64,000 nucleotides of DNA from Selaginella moellendorffii (taxonomy: Eukaryota > Plantae > Lycopodiophyta): assembly GCF_000143415.4 (NCBI RefSeq), contig NW_003314286.1, positions 387,766-451,765 of the forward strand. The letters are read 5' to 3'. Shown one piece after another: positions 63,140-64,000 of this stretch (the stretch's first letter is position 1; each line of letters begins with the position of its first letter). The notes under the pieces are model-generated. The model searched no databases, was not told the DNA's origin, and saw only the letters and a list, made by a program, of their open reading frames with translations. The position numbers were made by a program, and so were the translations under genes.

Positions 63140-64000
63140 TCAGCGTTTGATCATCGTCCAGAACGACGAGTAGTACAAATGCTGGAGAAAAAAAACCAAG
63201 TAAGAAAAAAACCTCAAGCGATAACCAAAATCACTCTTTTGATTGAGGGATAGAATGAAACCCACCTGACTCATCGAAGTTGGGCACGAAGCGTATGTAT
63301 TTTGCACTGTGGATTCCTTCTGCTCGAGGAAAAAAGAGGACATGGATCAAATCGATGAGAAAGTACTGGAGACTTTTACCTTCAGCTCGAATCCATAGCT
63401 AAAAGCTACTGTTTTCACGTCCTCCAAGCTCAGCTCTATGGAGATTTCCTAGAAAACGAGGAACATTGCTGATAGAAGAAACGAAAAAATTATAGAGGGC
63501 TTACGTCGTGGGAGGAGAATTCGTGAGCATCAGCGAAGTGGTAGAGAAGGGGCCCCAGATTGATCCACACCTGGCACGAAGAAAACTCCACTAACGTCTT
63601 AGATATCAAATCAAACAAACATCAACATCGATGCTTACACCACCGGGCTTGAGAACTTTGTGAATCACTTCTATGTAGTCCACGACGTTGTGCGCCGTGT
63701 CGATGAAGAAGCAAGTCACCACAGCATCCCAGGCACCTGTAAAACAAAAAAAAAAAAAACGAAAAAGTTTGAGAAAGAAACGATTGTTTTTGGTTTTTTC
63801 CTTGAAAGAAAGGCTAACCTGTTTGGCTCTCGTGGCCATAAACCTCCAGAAAATCACCGGCACACATCGAAAAGCCTTCAGTAATTCCTGCACTGTTATC
63901 TGAATATCCATGAGCTGAACTGTAAGATCGCTGCTGGAACTAGAAAACCTTCCAGGGTGAACATCAGGAAAGCGTACAGATTCGAGCTGATCCTTGTCCG
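63140..64000 (-). CDS. Carnosine N-methyltransferase-like (N2227 domain) SAM-dependent methyltransferase, 3' part
   Basis: [78 protein letters not shown]. Confidence 0.88.

Overview
Eukaryotic plant genomic DNA. The very short (~45-60 nt) spliceosomal introns, compact intergenic spacing and land-plant gene set suggest a lycophyte such as Selaginella (inference). Host genes: a uridine-kinase/CYTH protein (3' part), a CLC-d-type chloride channel, a chloroplast Rubisco-LSMT-type SET protein, an At2g02148-like gene, an XBAT34/35-type ankyrin-RING ligase, a DUF616 (MUCI70/TOD1-family) gene, a Gly-rich CCHC protein with an eIF4B-type motif, and a carnosine N-methyltransferase-like gene (3' part). 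The accessory portion holds a Crinkler-like REase+kinase gene co-duplicated with an intronless 8-Cys secreted-protein family, and a Crinkler-like NTPase pseudogene. It also holds many mobile elements: a degenerate LINE, an old gypsy element with a nested 774-bp TRIM, a P-element-like transposon (40-bp TIR, 8-bp TSD), and a TIR element (24-bp TIR, 4-bp TSD, Sola-like) carrying a ParB-like ORF and about ten copies of a 22-bp palindrome. Inside that last element lies a full-length chromovirus. Its integrase is interrupted by spliceosomal-type introns, and it has a candidate gag/protease intron whose removal would give a Gag-only protein. This intron-retaining LTR retrotransposon and the ParB-like/palindrome transposon are the most notable observations. 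Family assignments come from motif recognition, not database searches.
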